DNA of 64,000 nucleotides from Lama glama (lineage: Eukaryota): NCBI GenBank assembly GCA_028534125.1, contig CM052818.1, forward strand, positions 10,418,001-10,482,000, written 5' to 3'. Made by a program: the position numbers and the translations under genes. Under the pieces are notes generated by a model. It was given only the letters and a program-made list of their open reading frames with translations, did not search any database and was not told the DNA's origin. Shown here in pieces: positions 12,790 to 24,350 of the stretch; positions within the stretch are counted from its first letter, which is position 1; each line of letters starts with the position of its first letter.

Positions 12790-14580
12790 GAAAACATTAA
12801 GACAGAATTAAAAGTGTACTTTTTCTGATACCCTGAGGAGGAGTGCAGTTCCTTCTCCTTTCACTGTTGGCGTTCCTCTGCCCTTTTACATGCGTTTCAT
12901 TTCTTTTTTTTTTTTTAAGTTGAACTATAGATGATTTACAATATTGTGTTAGTTTCAGGTGTACAGCATACAGATTTTTTTTTTGCAGATTATATTCCAT
13001 TATAGGTTATTATAAGATATTGGGTATAATTCCATGTGCTACACAGTAAATCCTTGTTGCTTCTCTATTTTATGTATAGCATATCTGTTTATATCTGTTA
13101 ATCCTGTACTCCTAATTTGTCCCTCCCCACTCCCTCGTTTTGCTTCTTCTCAGTCTTCTGCCTGGATTTGGCAGTGGCCTCATGCCAGCTCTGGTTCTAC
13201 CCTTTATCACCCACTCTGACTCTCCCCAAGTCACCTAAACAGCCTGATGACCTCTCACTCCCTCAACCTCTCCAAAGTCTGGGCATTAGCTTCTCCTTAG
13301 CGTTAAATCTTCCGGTTTGCCCACCTCTCCGATCCCCTTCTGGGCATTCAGATTCATCACTCACTCCCTTCCAGGTGGCAGGTTTCAAAACGTGGTCTGA
13401 GAGTTGTTCTTTTCTAATGCTCATGTTTCCAACATGATAAGGTCTGTAATTTTGATTCTGGCAGGAATTAATAATCTCCTTGTTATACTCCTAATTAGTT
13501 TTTCATCAAAATCACTGTTAGGGTCTATTCATTCCTTTATTCTGTTGAGGCTTTCCTCCCCCTCAGGTGACAAGCCAGAGTTGGTGGCAGAGGTATTCCA
13601 AGGAGGTTTTAGCTCTATTAAAGGCTCTATGGACATATCTTTTCCTCCATCCAATTAAGAATTTCCCCTTAAACTATCCCAGTAGGAACGAGGTGTTTTG
13701 ACAGAGCTCTCTGAATAACTCAACTTCTCAAGACCACTGTAATGTCCTTCTCATTTGGATTCACTTCGTGGGTTCTAGGCTTTGGAAAACATCCACTTAT
13801 CATGCAGATAGATTACAAAACTGTCTTAGGAAGTTTCTTTATCTACTTGCAAAAGTAGTAACTCCTGTGTAACCTCAAAATGATTAAAATAGTGATAGAA
13901 AAAGCATTTTGGCTTCAACCAAGAGAATTTTGACTCAAGACTTGTTTATTTCTTATCTCTGGTTAGGCAGTAGAATTAGATGCCTTTGGTCCAGTCAAAT
14001 TTGTAGTGACATATTCTTGTTGAAACAGAGTAGACTAATGTTATTTCTGGTCTTGTCAATTCCAGATTCTTTTCCAAGAAATATTTTTTTATATCCAGCT
14101 GCTCATTATTTTTGTTAACTCCTGCAAAGCTCAGGACTAGGAGTCCCAAGGAAAGGCCTTAGTTAGATGGAGAAACTTACTGCTGTGTCTTTTACTGGAT
14201 TTTCTCTACTCTCTTTGTGAGGCCAGACTCCTAAAAGGCAAATAAAGTGTAGGTTTGGTGGTTTTCGAGTCCAGGCTTTTACCTACACTGGTCAGACCCA
14301 GTCAGAGTGAGAATCTGAAAGACTCACATATTCTTAATTCTTGGAACTGGAGTTCAGGAATTTCTGATAGTTCATGGGAACTGGAGCTTCTACCCTCTTG
14401 TCATTATAGGGCAGCAACTCTTTGGGTGGAGGCATCTGCAAAAATACTAACCTGCTTCTCTTCTCTAACTCCTAGAGGGCTTGAAGCATTTTGTTGATAT
14501 GCTTGCTACTCAGGTTTAGAGGAAATGGTTACAGTGGGCCTAAAGTTCTTCTCTACCTCTACTCCACCCCCAAGCTTAGT
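12790..14580 (-). pseudogene. Candidate decayed large coding exon of an unidentified hydrophilic protein, interrupted by L1
   Basis: minus-strand translation 13499-13137 gives 121 codons with 3 stops and E/K/S/G/R/N-rich composition; the frame continues past the L1 as ...TAKSRQKTEKKQN|ACKRAEERQQ*KEKELHSSSG; no homologue recognised. Confidence 0.4.
12893..13148 (-). mobile_element. Truncated cetartiodactyl-type L1 3' end (~230 bp)
   Basis: poly-T then gatttacaatattgtgttagtttcaggtgtacagca...ccattataggttattataagatattgggtataattccatgtgctacacagtaaatccttgttg; degenerate TSD cgtttcatttctt (12893-12905) / cgttttgcttctt (13136-13148). Confidence 0.9.
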
Positions 14581-15224
14581 TTAAAATGCAGCAAATCCAC
14601 CAAAGTAGTGTCTAAGCCATCCCGTGGAGACGTAATGCTGGTGTTTGTCACTCCAGCATTTTCCTGGCACATGTCTGGGTGCACATGTTGGCGTGGGCAC
14701 CGTCAAGAAGGCTTCTGTGAGAATGTGTGCCCTTGACGTGTTAACACCGACAGCAGTATAAATCCCCACACTCAACATATTCCAGCTCCACTAAGTACTG
14801 AAGTGTTTATCAAGCATCTTCTGTGTGTCAGTCACTTGGGATATAAGGATCAGTAAGATGTGGTTGCAGCCGTCAGAAGTTCCCAGAGTAGAGGAGAAAT
14901 GCACAAATATGAGCTCGAGGCCTTGTAGGAAAAGGTGGGAATCTGACTGTAGGGTGCTGCTCCTTCCCTCTGGTAGGTTGAGGACTAGCTGCTCAGGAAT
15001 CATTCCACTGCAAAGGACAGAAAATTTCAAAGAAGCCCAACTGAGGGGTTTCTTGGAACGATGGAAGTGTCCCTCACCAGGGCTGCAGTGTATGGTTGTG
15101 CAAAGTTTGCTCTGGGAAAGGGCTCCTGGCTGAAGGGGTGTGTGGTACTGAAATTTAGCAGCGCTGATGCTGGCATGGGGCTATAGAGGGCGCTCTTTTC
15201 TTTTTCCTCACTTTCATGTTTTGT

Positions 15225-16460
15225 TTTTAAAACATCTTATTTTGAAATAATTTGAAATAATTTCAAACTTAAAAGCTGCAAGAATAATACAGAGAACAAT
15301 CATTTACCTTTTATCCCGATTCACCAATTTTTAACATTTTGGCCCATTTGTTGTGTATCCATCTATTGTAGTACTTTCTGAATCATTTGAGTAGGTGTCA
15401 TACTCTGTGCCTTAATATGTCAATGTATATTCTCAGGAACAAAGTTTTTCTCGTGTGTAACCAGGATACAGTTATCAAATAATAGGAAATTTACTCAAAT
15501 AACGGGAACATAAGCTAGTGCTTTAATCTAATCTGCAGTCCATATTTGAATTTTATCAATTATATCAATAATGTCTTTTATGGCATTCATTAATTTTACC
15601 TCAAGTAAAGGATCCAGTCCCGACTCATGAATTGTGTCCTGTTGTCATGTGTCTTTTTCTCTCTTTTAATTGAGAACAGTACTCTGACCTTTCTTTGTCT
15701 TTCATTACATTGACATTTTTGAAGAGAAAGGGACAGTTATTTTATGGTACTTTCCTCATTGGGGTTATCTGATATCTCCTCATGATTAGATTCACGTTAC
15801 GCATCTTGCCAGAATTCTACATAGAGGATGTTGTATACCACTCAGAGTAACAAATCTGGAGACACGTGATGTTTGATCCTTATTGTTGAAGTTAATTTTA
15901 ATATCTGATCAAGGTATTGTCTTTTTTTCATGGCATAGTTACTGTTTTTACCCTTGTAGCGAATAAACAATCTTAGGGACACACTTGAAGCATGTAAATA
16001 TCTTGTAACTCATCAAATTTTGACCTCAGGATTTAAATTCATTGGTAGCTCTTACTGATGGTTAAGTATGACAATTTTCCAATCTACTTCTCCCTCCAAA
16101 TTTATCAGTCAGCACCCTATTGCAAGGAGGAGCCCTCTATTTTCCTTCATTTGCTTTATTCACCTATTTATAGTCAATATGGACTTATGGATTCATTTAT
16201 TTTAACAATGGGTTATGTATAATCTGTTACTTATTTTGGTGCTTGAATTATCAGACATTGGCCAATGGGGAGCTCCTTCAAGCTGCTCCTGTGTTTTTTG
16301 TACATGCCACCATCATTTTTTAAAAAGGACTTCCTTATTTCCTGGAGTAAAAGGATATTCCAGGCTCATCTTGTATCTTCTCTGTCTCAGCCCTGTCTAT
16401 AATGTTCCATTTCTCCAAGGAACTCCCTGATTCCTTTTAGGAAGGATGGTAGATTACCAA
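15225..16460 (-). mobile_element. L1MC-type (L1MC4/5-like) 3' region
   Basis: ttattttgaaataatttcaaacttaaaagctgcaagaataatacagagaac...ttggccaatggggagctccttcaagctg...ccaggctcatcttgtatcttc...ccatttctccaaggaactccctgattcctttt. Confidence 0.85.
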
Positions 16461-16499
16461 TTTCATTGTTTTCTCTGTGTGTGTGGGAAGTAAGCAGTT

Positions 16500-16820
16500 T
16501 TGTGTATGCTTTGTTTCCCTCCCTGATTTTTACATAAAAGATAGCATACATTTTCTTTTGTATTTTGTTCTTTCACTTAACAGTATATTTTGAAAATCAC
16601 TCCATATCAGCTCTTATAGATCTTTCTTTTTTTGCTTGCTTATTTTGTAATAGTTGCATAGTACTTCATTGCATGTATGTATCACAATTTATTCAGTCTC
16701 TCTCCTTCTTTCTCTCTCACTCACCCACACACAGAGTTCTTATGTTCTTTAAATATTTTCTCCCAATTCTTCATTTGTCTCTTGACTTTACTTATGGTGT
16801 TTTTTTTTCCCCTAATTGAG
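16500..16820 (-). mobile_element. L1ME-type fragment
   Basis: ttttcacttaacagtatattttgaaaatcactccatatcag...aatagttgcatagtacttcattgcatgtatgtatcacaatttattcagtc. Confidence 0.7.
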
Positions 16821-17479
16821 CTGCCTTGTTCTAATTAGTCTGCTAAAAGTGAGTGCCTTTTTCTAATTCTCGGAAGGGTGCTGCTCTACATGCTGATGTG
16901 GCCTCAGACTCACAGAGGTTGATGCAGGAGGAGAAGCTGTGATTCCTGGGAACTGTCTGCCTCTAGTTAGGAGTAGAGGCCACCAGGACCCTGGTCATCC
17001 TTCCTTGTCCCAAAGCAGCATGGAGATTTGTTGGCTTGCTCTCTGGTGGTCACTGTACCTGAGAGAGAGTCCCCAGTTTGAGTTGCTCAACTCTGTTTGT
17101 TTTGGGATCTATAAAATGATTGGTGGAGAAGGAAGAGCTGGATGCCTGGGGATAGAAGTGTTGGTTTGAAGAGCTGGTAGACTCTGTAGATTCTTTATGT
17201 AATGCCAGGCACACAGTGAGCTCTTACTGATCATCATCATTTTCACTTTGATAGATTCCTGTTTGTGTATTTATGCTAACCACCCCTCTCCACCCTTGCG
17301 CCCCCCCCCACCCCATTTCAGGTGATGTGAGTCCATCCTGTCACACATGGGACATAATGTTTTGTAAAAGTCATTTAGATTAACTCTTTTTCTTCTATTG
17401 CTCTCTTCCTGTCCTTTCCTTTTTCAATAAACTAGAAGTTGAGTATAGACTCAGGTTTTGGGGAGGAGGGGAAGTCCCT

Positions 17480-18290
17480 TTTTATTTGGATAATTTGAAG
17501 AATTAACAGCAGCTTAGGCAAGATGTACGCGCTTCCTCCCAGAACTCACATGATTATGCTAATTCAGGAGGAATGTGTTGATACACTATTAAAAAGCATG
17601 ATCTGTTTTCGGCTTCTGGGTAAAGAGGAGAGCAGCAGCCTTTAGTGGCCGTGTCAGTTTTGCCCATATTATTATGTGCAGATGTGCCAGCTGCCAGTAG
17701 GCATTTTCTCTCTGATAGCGCTTACCACTTAACCGCGGGTCAGCGAGGTGCAGCTCTCAGCCAATAGATCTAATTGCAATCCTTCTATGTTCCCTGTGAT
17801 TGCAGGTTTCTCCGGCTCTATAAACAAATAGTAATCAACTAAACCTGTTACCTCTGAGTAGAGATGTCACGATATGAAATATTAACTGTTCAAAATACAG
17901 TAATGACGGTTTAAAACTGTATTTGTTTCTTGAAAATAAAGAAAAAAAAGATTTAAGAAAGAAGGGAAAATCAGAAGCTCAAGAATTGGAATTCTGAAGG
18001 GCCCTCTGGCGCTCTTCCCTCTACATAATGAAAAATTGCATATGTATACGACATGTTTTATGTGGTCGGATACAGCGTAAATATTGTGTACATCTTTTGC
18101 TGGAGTAACAATGCATTAGCAGCATCACAAATAAGCTCTGCCTCGGCATCTACATTTTTATGACATTTTTATGTTAATGCAAGTCAAACTTATGTTTTGT
18201 GATGTATCTAATCCACCCCAAATTAATCCATTTGTATTCCGATAATCCAATCAACTTCTGCTTCCCCTGTTAAAAAGTTAGATGCAAAGT
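17480..18290. promoter_or_regulatory. Putative conserved non-coding element / developmental enhancer
   Basis: ~800 bp repeat-free; retained CpGs (tacgcgc, aaccgcgggtcagcgagg); POU-like atgctaat, FOX-like taaacaaat, many TAAT cores; conservation not verified. Confidence 0.45.
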
Positions 18291-18889
18291 CCAAGGCAGA
18301 AATATGGCAGGAAGCCTGGGCCCAGGGACACTTTGCTTTTAGAAGATGCTTTTCCCCTCAGGCACGTGGAGGCAGTGTGGTTTTGGGTGGGTAGCTCTGG
18401 TAGGGGCAGTGGTGGAGCCGGCATAGGGGAGGGACCCTGTGGGTTGAAGCTACCAATGTTGATAATGTCTTTGTAGACTTCATTTTGTTATTTCATTTTA
18501 TTTTTTGATGCTGTTTAGATAACTTTTCTATCCATCCCAGTTTATAGTCTCTGCCATATTTCCATGTGCCAGCTGTCAGTAATCTCAATGCTAGGACTTT
18601 ATCGAGTACTTACTGTATGCTTGTCATTGTGCTAAATCTTTATGAGGCATCTTCTATGTACGATGTATATACCACATTTACTGAGCATGTATTGTGTAGA
18701 ATGTGTGTGCCTGAATTGGAGACCAGCTTTCACTCAGAAGTTCCATTTTGCCCATATCAGCCCACTGAAGATGGAACATCCATCAGAAATCGGTTAGAAA
18801 TTTGGGGTTCATGATTGCCCCTTCTTGGTTTTTCTGAGACTCATCTGGAGGTGGAAGAATTCCTTCAGGACACTAACAAGAACCTCTTT

Positions 18890-19085
18890 TGTGCAGTGGA
18901 AGAAACACTAGATTAAAACATCTTGAGGCTAGGTAGAACAGCACATCGATGAAGAACGCATGCCTATTGTCTATTAAATGAAGATAATAACATGTATCTC
19001 ATAAGGCTCTTGAGAAATATTAAGCTAAAGCATGCAACATAGTGCTTGGCATTTAGGAAAAGCTCAGTCTCCCTCCATTAGCTAC
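18890..19085 (+). mobile_element. MIR SINE (degenerate)
   Basis: aaatgaagataataacatgtatctcataaggctcttgagaaatattaag...atagtgcttggcatttaggaaaagctcag. Confidence 0.6.
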
Positions 19086-19099
19086 TGGCATTGTTATTT

Positions 19100-19295
19100 G
19101 TAGAGCTTTTGAAGTTGAGAACTATGAGAGGTTTTTTAGGCCAAACTTTAAATTTTTTAGATGTAGAGAATTGTAGGACTGAGTCTCAGAAAGGCTAAAT
19201 GCCTTACTCGTAATCATACAGCTACATGGGACGGAGCCAGTGGGAGAATCTAGGTCTCTAGACTCTCAGACCAGTGTCTTCCTAGTGCATCTGCT
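19100..19295 (-). mobile_element. MIR3/MIR SINE
   Basis: actgagtctcagaaaggctaaatgccttactcgtaatcatacagct...gaatctaggtctctagactctcagaccagtg. Confidence 0.65.
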
Positions 19296-20489
19296 GCTGC
19301 ATTTCTTGCAGAGGAGAACAAATGTAAGGAATGAGGTAAAAAGGCCCTGTCTTTGTTACTACCCTGAAGCATGTAGCTCAGAATGGTGCTTACTGAAGGC
19401 CCTTTATCTTGGTTGATCTTGAGATAAAAGGAGCTTGTCCTCTGGCAGCCTTTGGTGATGGACTTCAGGGACCAAGCCGGCTGGTTTGAGCTCCTCCCTG
19501 CAAGGGTCCATACTGAGCAAGCTCTTTCCAACTGCCCCATCCCTGCTGATTTTCAGTGAAGACTTGGCAGGCATCTTCCTGGGACTGGCGGGCTGGGAGA
19601 AGCCCAGGAACTGCCAGGAAACAAAGGCTGGAATTCCTCAGGGCTGGGACTACACAGCTCCAAACATCTGGCCAGTGAATTTGGCCATTGCAAGCAGAGA
19701 AAGGAAGAAGACCTCAACTGGGACTGGGAACAGAAGACTGGGATTTTTTTTCTTCTTCTTTTCCTTCTTCATTGTTGGCTTCTCATAGAAATAACCTCCC
19801 CCTAAGTGTGATTCTCTTGTCTCTCCACTGTCTTCCCCTCCTTGATTCACCTCATGTCTTTGTGGAGCTTATAAGGTTGCTTTAACTCTGGATATTGTAG
19901 GAAAGAAGCTCCTACCAACTAGAATCATGGAATGAGACTTTCTTCCTTGAGCTCTCTAACGGGATGCAGAATTGGAATCTTCTGTCGATTCAGATTTAAC
20001 TCAAACGTGTCCATGTGGTTCGTATTCAGGGAAGTATTGTCAGTTATGCATAGGAGGGGAGAGAAAATGGTGGTGTGGTGATGGTGGCAGTGGTGGTTTG
20101 TGTGTGTGTACATAGGTGGGGGCAGGCTCGATGGGATGGAGTTGGCTTGGAAATCTGCAGTGGGCTCTTTTCTCCTTTAACACTGATGCTGGGTAATTAG
20201 CAAAATGTGCACAGGGTTTTATCCATATTCATGCACCCTTTCCCACAAGCATAAACAATCCAGTCTCTATTATTTCCTTGCGTGTGCAGCTCCCCCCTCT
20301 CCCTGCCACCTGCAGAGCCCTGTGCTGCTCTGTTCACATCATTCTGGCTCTGCTTGGGAGTGGGGGTGCCTCCCCTGGCCAGGATGTGGGCACGGGAAGA
20401 GGACTCCACAGAGAGCGGCGGCGGGGGGGTGCCCTTACCAGTGCAGTATCTGCAGCAGGTTGGAAACCTTAACAAAGTGAACTCACAGC

Positions 20490-21140
20490 TATGATTATGT
20501 GCCATCCTTAAGAGGACCCTGTGTGGTAGGTAGGGTTGCATGATTACGCCTGTGTGTCAAAGGAGAAAATGAGGCCCAAGGATGGGGGCTATTCATCTAT
20601 TTGTTCTTCCAGATCATTCCCCATGCTGCTTTGCCTGGCTCTTTGCCCTGGTGGGCTGACCTCAGAGGACCCCGTCATCTAGTCTTCCTTGTGTTCTGGC
20701 TCTGATGTGAGATTAAAAGGCACGAGGAGACAGAGGTTGGGGCTTATTACTGCCCGTGGTGTTGGCAGTGCCCGTGTTCCTCTACGGCCACACTGCTGTG
20801 GGCCCCTTCTTTCCATACCTACACTTTCTGCCATTTTCCAGCTACCTCTTTGCTCTATCTTGCCCCATTCAGACCTAGTGACATTAAAGACTTCCTGCTG
20901 GTGCTAGCCTCTTTGCTGTTCCTTGTTGGTCCCATTACCCTCCCCACATCTTTGTAAAAAGTACCTGCATGCCTTCTTTTCTATTAAACTCTTTGAGTGA
21001 ACAGCTGATACCTGCTGGGACCTCAGCTGATAGGGTGAGTATCTTGCCAGTGACCACACAGCTGGGAGGGATAGCCCAGCATTCCTCCTTGCTCACCTGG
21101 ATTGTTTCTATAAGGCCGTGATCTCTCATCGCTGCATCAC
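20490..21140 (-). mobile_element. MIR split by a solo LTR
   Basis: ...aaggagaaaatgaggcccaaggatggg (to ~20587) resumes as gggtgagtatcttgccagtgaccacacagctggg (from ~21032). Confidence 0.6.
20588..21031 (+). mobile_element. LTR33 solo LTR (ERVL)
   Basis: cttccagatc...tgccctggtgggctgacct...cttgccccattcagacctag...gctggtgctagcc...ccacatctttgtaaaaagt...tttgagtg...cctgctgggacctcagctgata follows the recalled LTR33 consensus end to end. Confidence 0.8.
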
Positions 21141-21809
21141 TGGTATCCTTTTCTTTGTCCCTTCTCAGCAGGCAGTGAAACCAGCAGCATAAGAGATCTA
21201 GATCCTATTGCATCTTTTTATCCTTTGTGAATATTGGATTTCTTGGGTGGACTTTTCTTTGTAGAAGCAGAGGCCCAGGTGTGGGGATAGACAGTGTGAG
21301 AGGAATCAGAGAACTCCAGATTTTTTTTTTCTGTCTCTTCTGCCATCTGAGGAAGTACCTCTTTCATCAGTGTGATACAATGAGGTCACACCCCACCTAC
21401 ATCTCTTTGTATCGCAGCAGATGATGACTGTGAGAAGCAGTAGATGACAACTGTGCCCATACACTTTCAGTCCTAATCTCTTCATGAGCTTGTGGATTTG
21501 CTCACCTCTCTGAGTTCAGTGTTTGGGAGGCATAATCATTGTTCTTTCCTCTTTTTTCATACATGACATGAAAGCAAACTGCCCGAACATTCTGCCTCAT
21601 GACACAACAATGTGTTGTGGTTCTCATACTCAGTAGTACCTTCCTTTTCCTTCCTTCACCTGGTACACATGTGGAGACAGGCAGACCACGTGGTTACAGG
21701 GGCTCCCAGTGCAGAGGGCAGAAGCAACCTGCACTATAATACTTTGTATCCTTGCTTTCTTTGAAAGGAAGTTTAGTACAGAGCTGTGCAGTTATTTACA
21801 TTCCAATGT

Positions 21810-22130
21810 GATAATTATTAACTGCATGCTTACTATGAACCTGGCACATGACAGGTCCTTGAAGGGATACTGAAGGGGCATATGGCATGGTGTTTGCCTT
21901 AAAAACACTTATACATTTATGAGGGAAATAAGAGCAATCTGGGAAAAAACCAGACAGATGTACAAGATAGTTTATATACAAATGCTGAAAGTAAGCAATC
22001 ACTGCATATCATACACAGTTACGATGTAAGGAAGATAGTCATGAAGGTGTTGGAGGAAAGCCCCATGAAAGAGCTCTTGGAAGGAGGGGGAGGATTTGGA
22101 CAATGTTGTCATGGGCTTTGATGTGACCAC
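21810..22130 (-). mobile_element. L2 3' fragment
   Basis: attattaactgcatgcttactatgaacctggcacatg...atggtgtttgccttaaaaacacttatacatttatgaggg. Confidence 0.6.
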
Positions 22131-22494
22131 AGATTTCTCTCCTTTGGGCTCAGAGTTACTTTCCTGGAAAGAACACAGACATGTCCTGAATTTGGTCTTC
22201 ATAGCTGCAGTGTGGGTTCCTCTCCATAGGCACACCATTGCCCAAGCTGCTGCAACCTCCTTGGCTTAGGGAGTCTTAACTTTCTGTCCTATGTGATAGA
22301 AAAAAGTGGACGGTGACAGTGTGCTTCCCACTGGTGGGTGAAGTATTTCCATGGAAAGCCATTTATATCCAGACACTCAGTTACTGAGTTTATTCTTCCC
22401 TTAACACCCCAAAGGCAGAGAGTAGCTTGAAAAAAAATCACTAAGAAGCCCTTAACCTTGTAACATACAGTTTTTGCTAAAAATATATATTAAT

Positions 22495-22760
22495 ACTATA
22501 TTATTGAGCGAGCATAGATGAAGAAGGCCAGGGAGGGAGGAAGCAATAAGAGTGTGAGCAAGGTCAGTGCTCTTTGCCCGCAGACTCTACAATCAATAAG
22601 ATCTGGTCAATAACTGCTTTATTACTGCACTACCACCCGGAGCAAAATCATTTTTAAATTAAGAATATATTTTGCAAAACTGAATTAACAATATTGAATA
22701 TTTTGCTCTTTGATATGACTAGCCTTCAAAATCAAATTATTAAGTATGGAAAATGCTTAC
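22495..22760. promoter_or_regulatory. Putative conserved non-coding block
   Basis: caatcaataa, gtcaataa, gaattaacaatattg, aaattattaag motifs in repeat-free sequence; conservation not verified. Confidence 0.25.
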
Positions 22761-23791
22761 CAGGTGAAGTTTTTCTTTCTTCTTCTCCCTCCTCACTTTC
22801 CCAGCTACATTCCCTCTCTCCTCTCCCTGCTGCTCAACTCCACTCCACTCCTCCACACCCCCACCCCAAACCCCTACCTTACAGCTTGGGAAGGAAGCAA
22901 CAGCAGATTTGTAAGATCTCCGGCACAAATGTGGATATAAATTAGTATTGCATCCAGCACATGAAAAGTAGGAAAGGAAGATACATTTGCTTGAGTCCAA
23001 CAAAACTGTGCATTTCCTCTGAGAGAAAGGACCAAGTAGAGAAAACTGGGAATTTTCCACTTAGGTAAAACTAATGCCAAAAAATCAACCTTTGGACTTC
23101 TATAATCTTTGGCCAGCTATGAAATCTCACCATTCCTCCCCCCATCCCTACTCTTGGTTACCCTGGCTCTATCCCCTGTTCTGTTCTGTTCTCCTCTCTC
23201 CACAGATGGAAGGGACAGAGGAGTCTTACATGACTCATGGAGTGCAACTTTGAAGCATCCATAAGGCCAAATCCCCCACCCCCACAAAAAAAACCCCCAA
23301 AATCTTTAACAAGTATTCCAAGCAACTCTGTTATGCAAAAGTGGGTTGTGAAGGCACACATAGACCATGGCTTTGGAATGTGTTAAGTGATATTATTAGA
23401 ATTGATTATATAGCATATTTCTTTGTGAAAACATGAGATTTTGGTGCTCAAATTTTAAAAAATTGTGATAAGCTCTTCTCATCCTTTCCATCTTCTTGGG
23501 CTACCTCCCACCGTTTGCCACTAGTGATTGTAATCTCCTACATGTAATTTGTAGGTTATTGGGGTTGGCTTATATAAAGTAGCAACAGGCAACAGAGAGA
23601 AGGAAAGGTTTCACTGCTGAATATTGTTTATGGTGCAGAAGCCCATTAGTGTGCTCCCTATTTTTCAGTAACAGGATAATGTTGGTCAGGCCATGCAATG
23701 GCATGTCAACTGGTTATTTATGTCTGATGACAGATTTGTACTCTTTGAAAAGGGGGGCATTTGTTCAAAGCATTGGTGCTTGCTATTGCCA

Positions 23792-23890
23792 GAAAGGAAG
23801 AGAGGATGGAAGGAAGGGAGGGAGGAAGGGAGGGAGGGAGGGAAGGGGAAAAGACGAAGGGAGGCAGGGAAAGAGGGAGGAAGGAAGGCT
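23792..23890. repeat. Purine-rich (GGAA/GGGA)n low-complexity repeat
   Basis: directly visible. Confidence 0.9.
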
Positions 23891-23914
23891 GCTAATGAAG
23901 AGAGAACAGGAATT

Positions 23915-24110
23915 AGCATTTATTTACTGCTTTCTCTGTGTTAGTGGCTTTTAGAAGGCAAGTATTATTGTCCCCGTTATACGGGAGCTCAGTTTAAGTA
24001 ACTTTAAGTAACTTTTCTAGGTCAGGAGGCTGGTAAGTGATGGAGTTGGAAGTCCACACCAAGAGGGTCTGACTGTAAACTCTATGATCTTTCTGCCACC
24101 CCATGCTGTC
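23915..24110 (-). mobile_element. MIR SINE with a small internal tandem duplication (ttaagtaact x2)
   Basis: aggcaagtattattgtccccgttatac...ttaagtaactttaagtaacttttctaggtcaggaggctggtaagtgatggag...tctgactgtaaactctatgatcttt. Confidence 0.7.
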
Positions 24111-24189
24111 TTTCTAATGCAGAACATCTTTGAGCTTATTACGCAGCAAATTATTTTGACCAAACTTAAAATACCTAAGCTACTTAATC

Positions 24190-24350
24190 ACTGATTCTTA
24201 ACCTTTTACACAGGTCATGGATCTCTTTGAGAAACCCTTGCAAAGTATGGCTTTTTCTGGGAAGATGCACATACACATAAAATAATTTCAGAGAATTCAT
24301 GGGTGTTCTGAAGCACGATGAGGGCCTCCAGGGAAAGACCCCCTGGGACA
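24190..24350. mobile_element. hAT-Charlie MITE (Charlie4z-like)
   Basis: gattcttaacctt...gtcatggatctctttgagaa...aagatgcacatacacataaaataatttcagagaattcatggg...aagaccccctg. Confidence 0.65.

Noticed and set aside
15178..15194. CTCF-like motif gctatagagggcgct
   Set aside because: Only the 3' half matches; single partial motifs are expected by chance in 64 kb.
18890..19295. Adjacent inverted MIR pair (also 60835-61300) as dsRNA-forming elements
   Set aside because: The copies are too diverged for extended pairing, and such pairs are expected at this MIR density.
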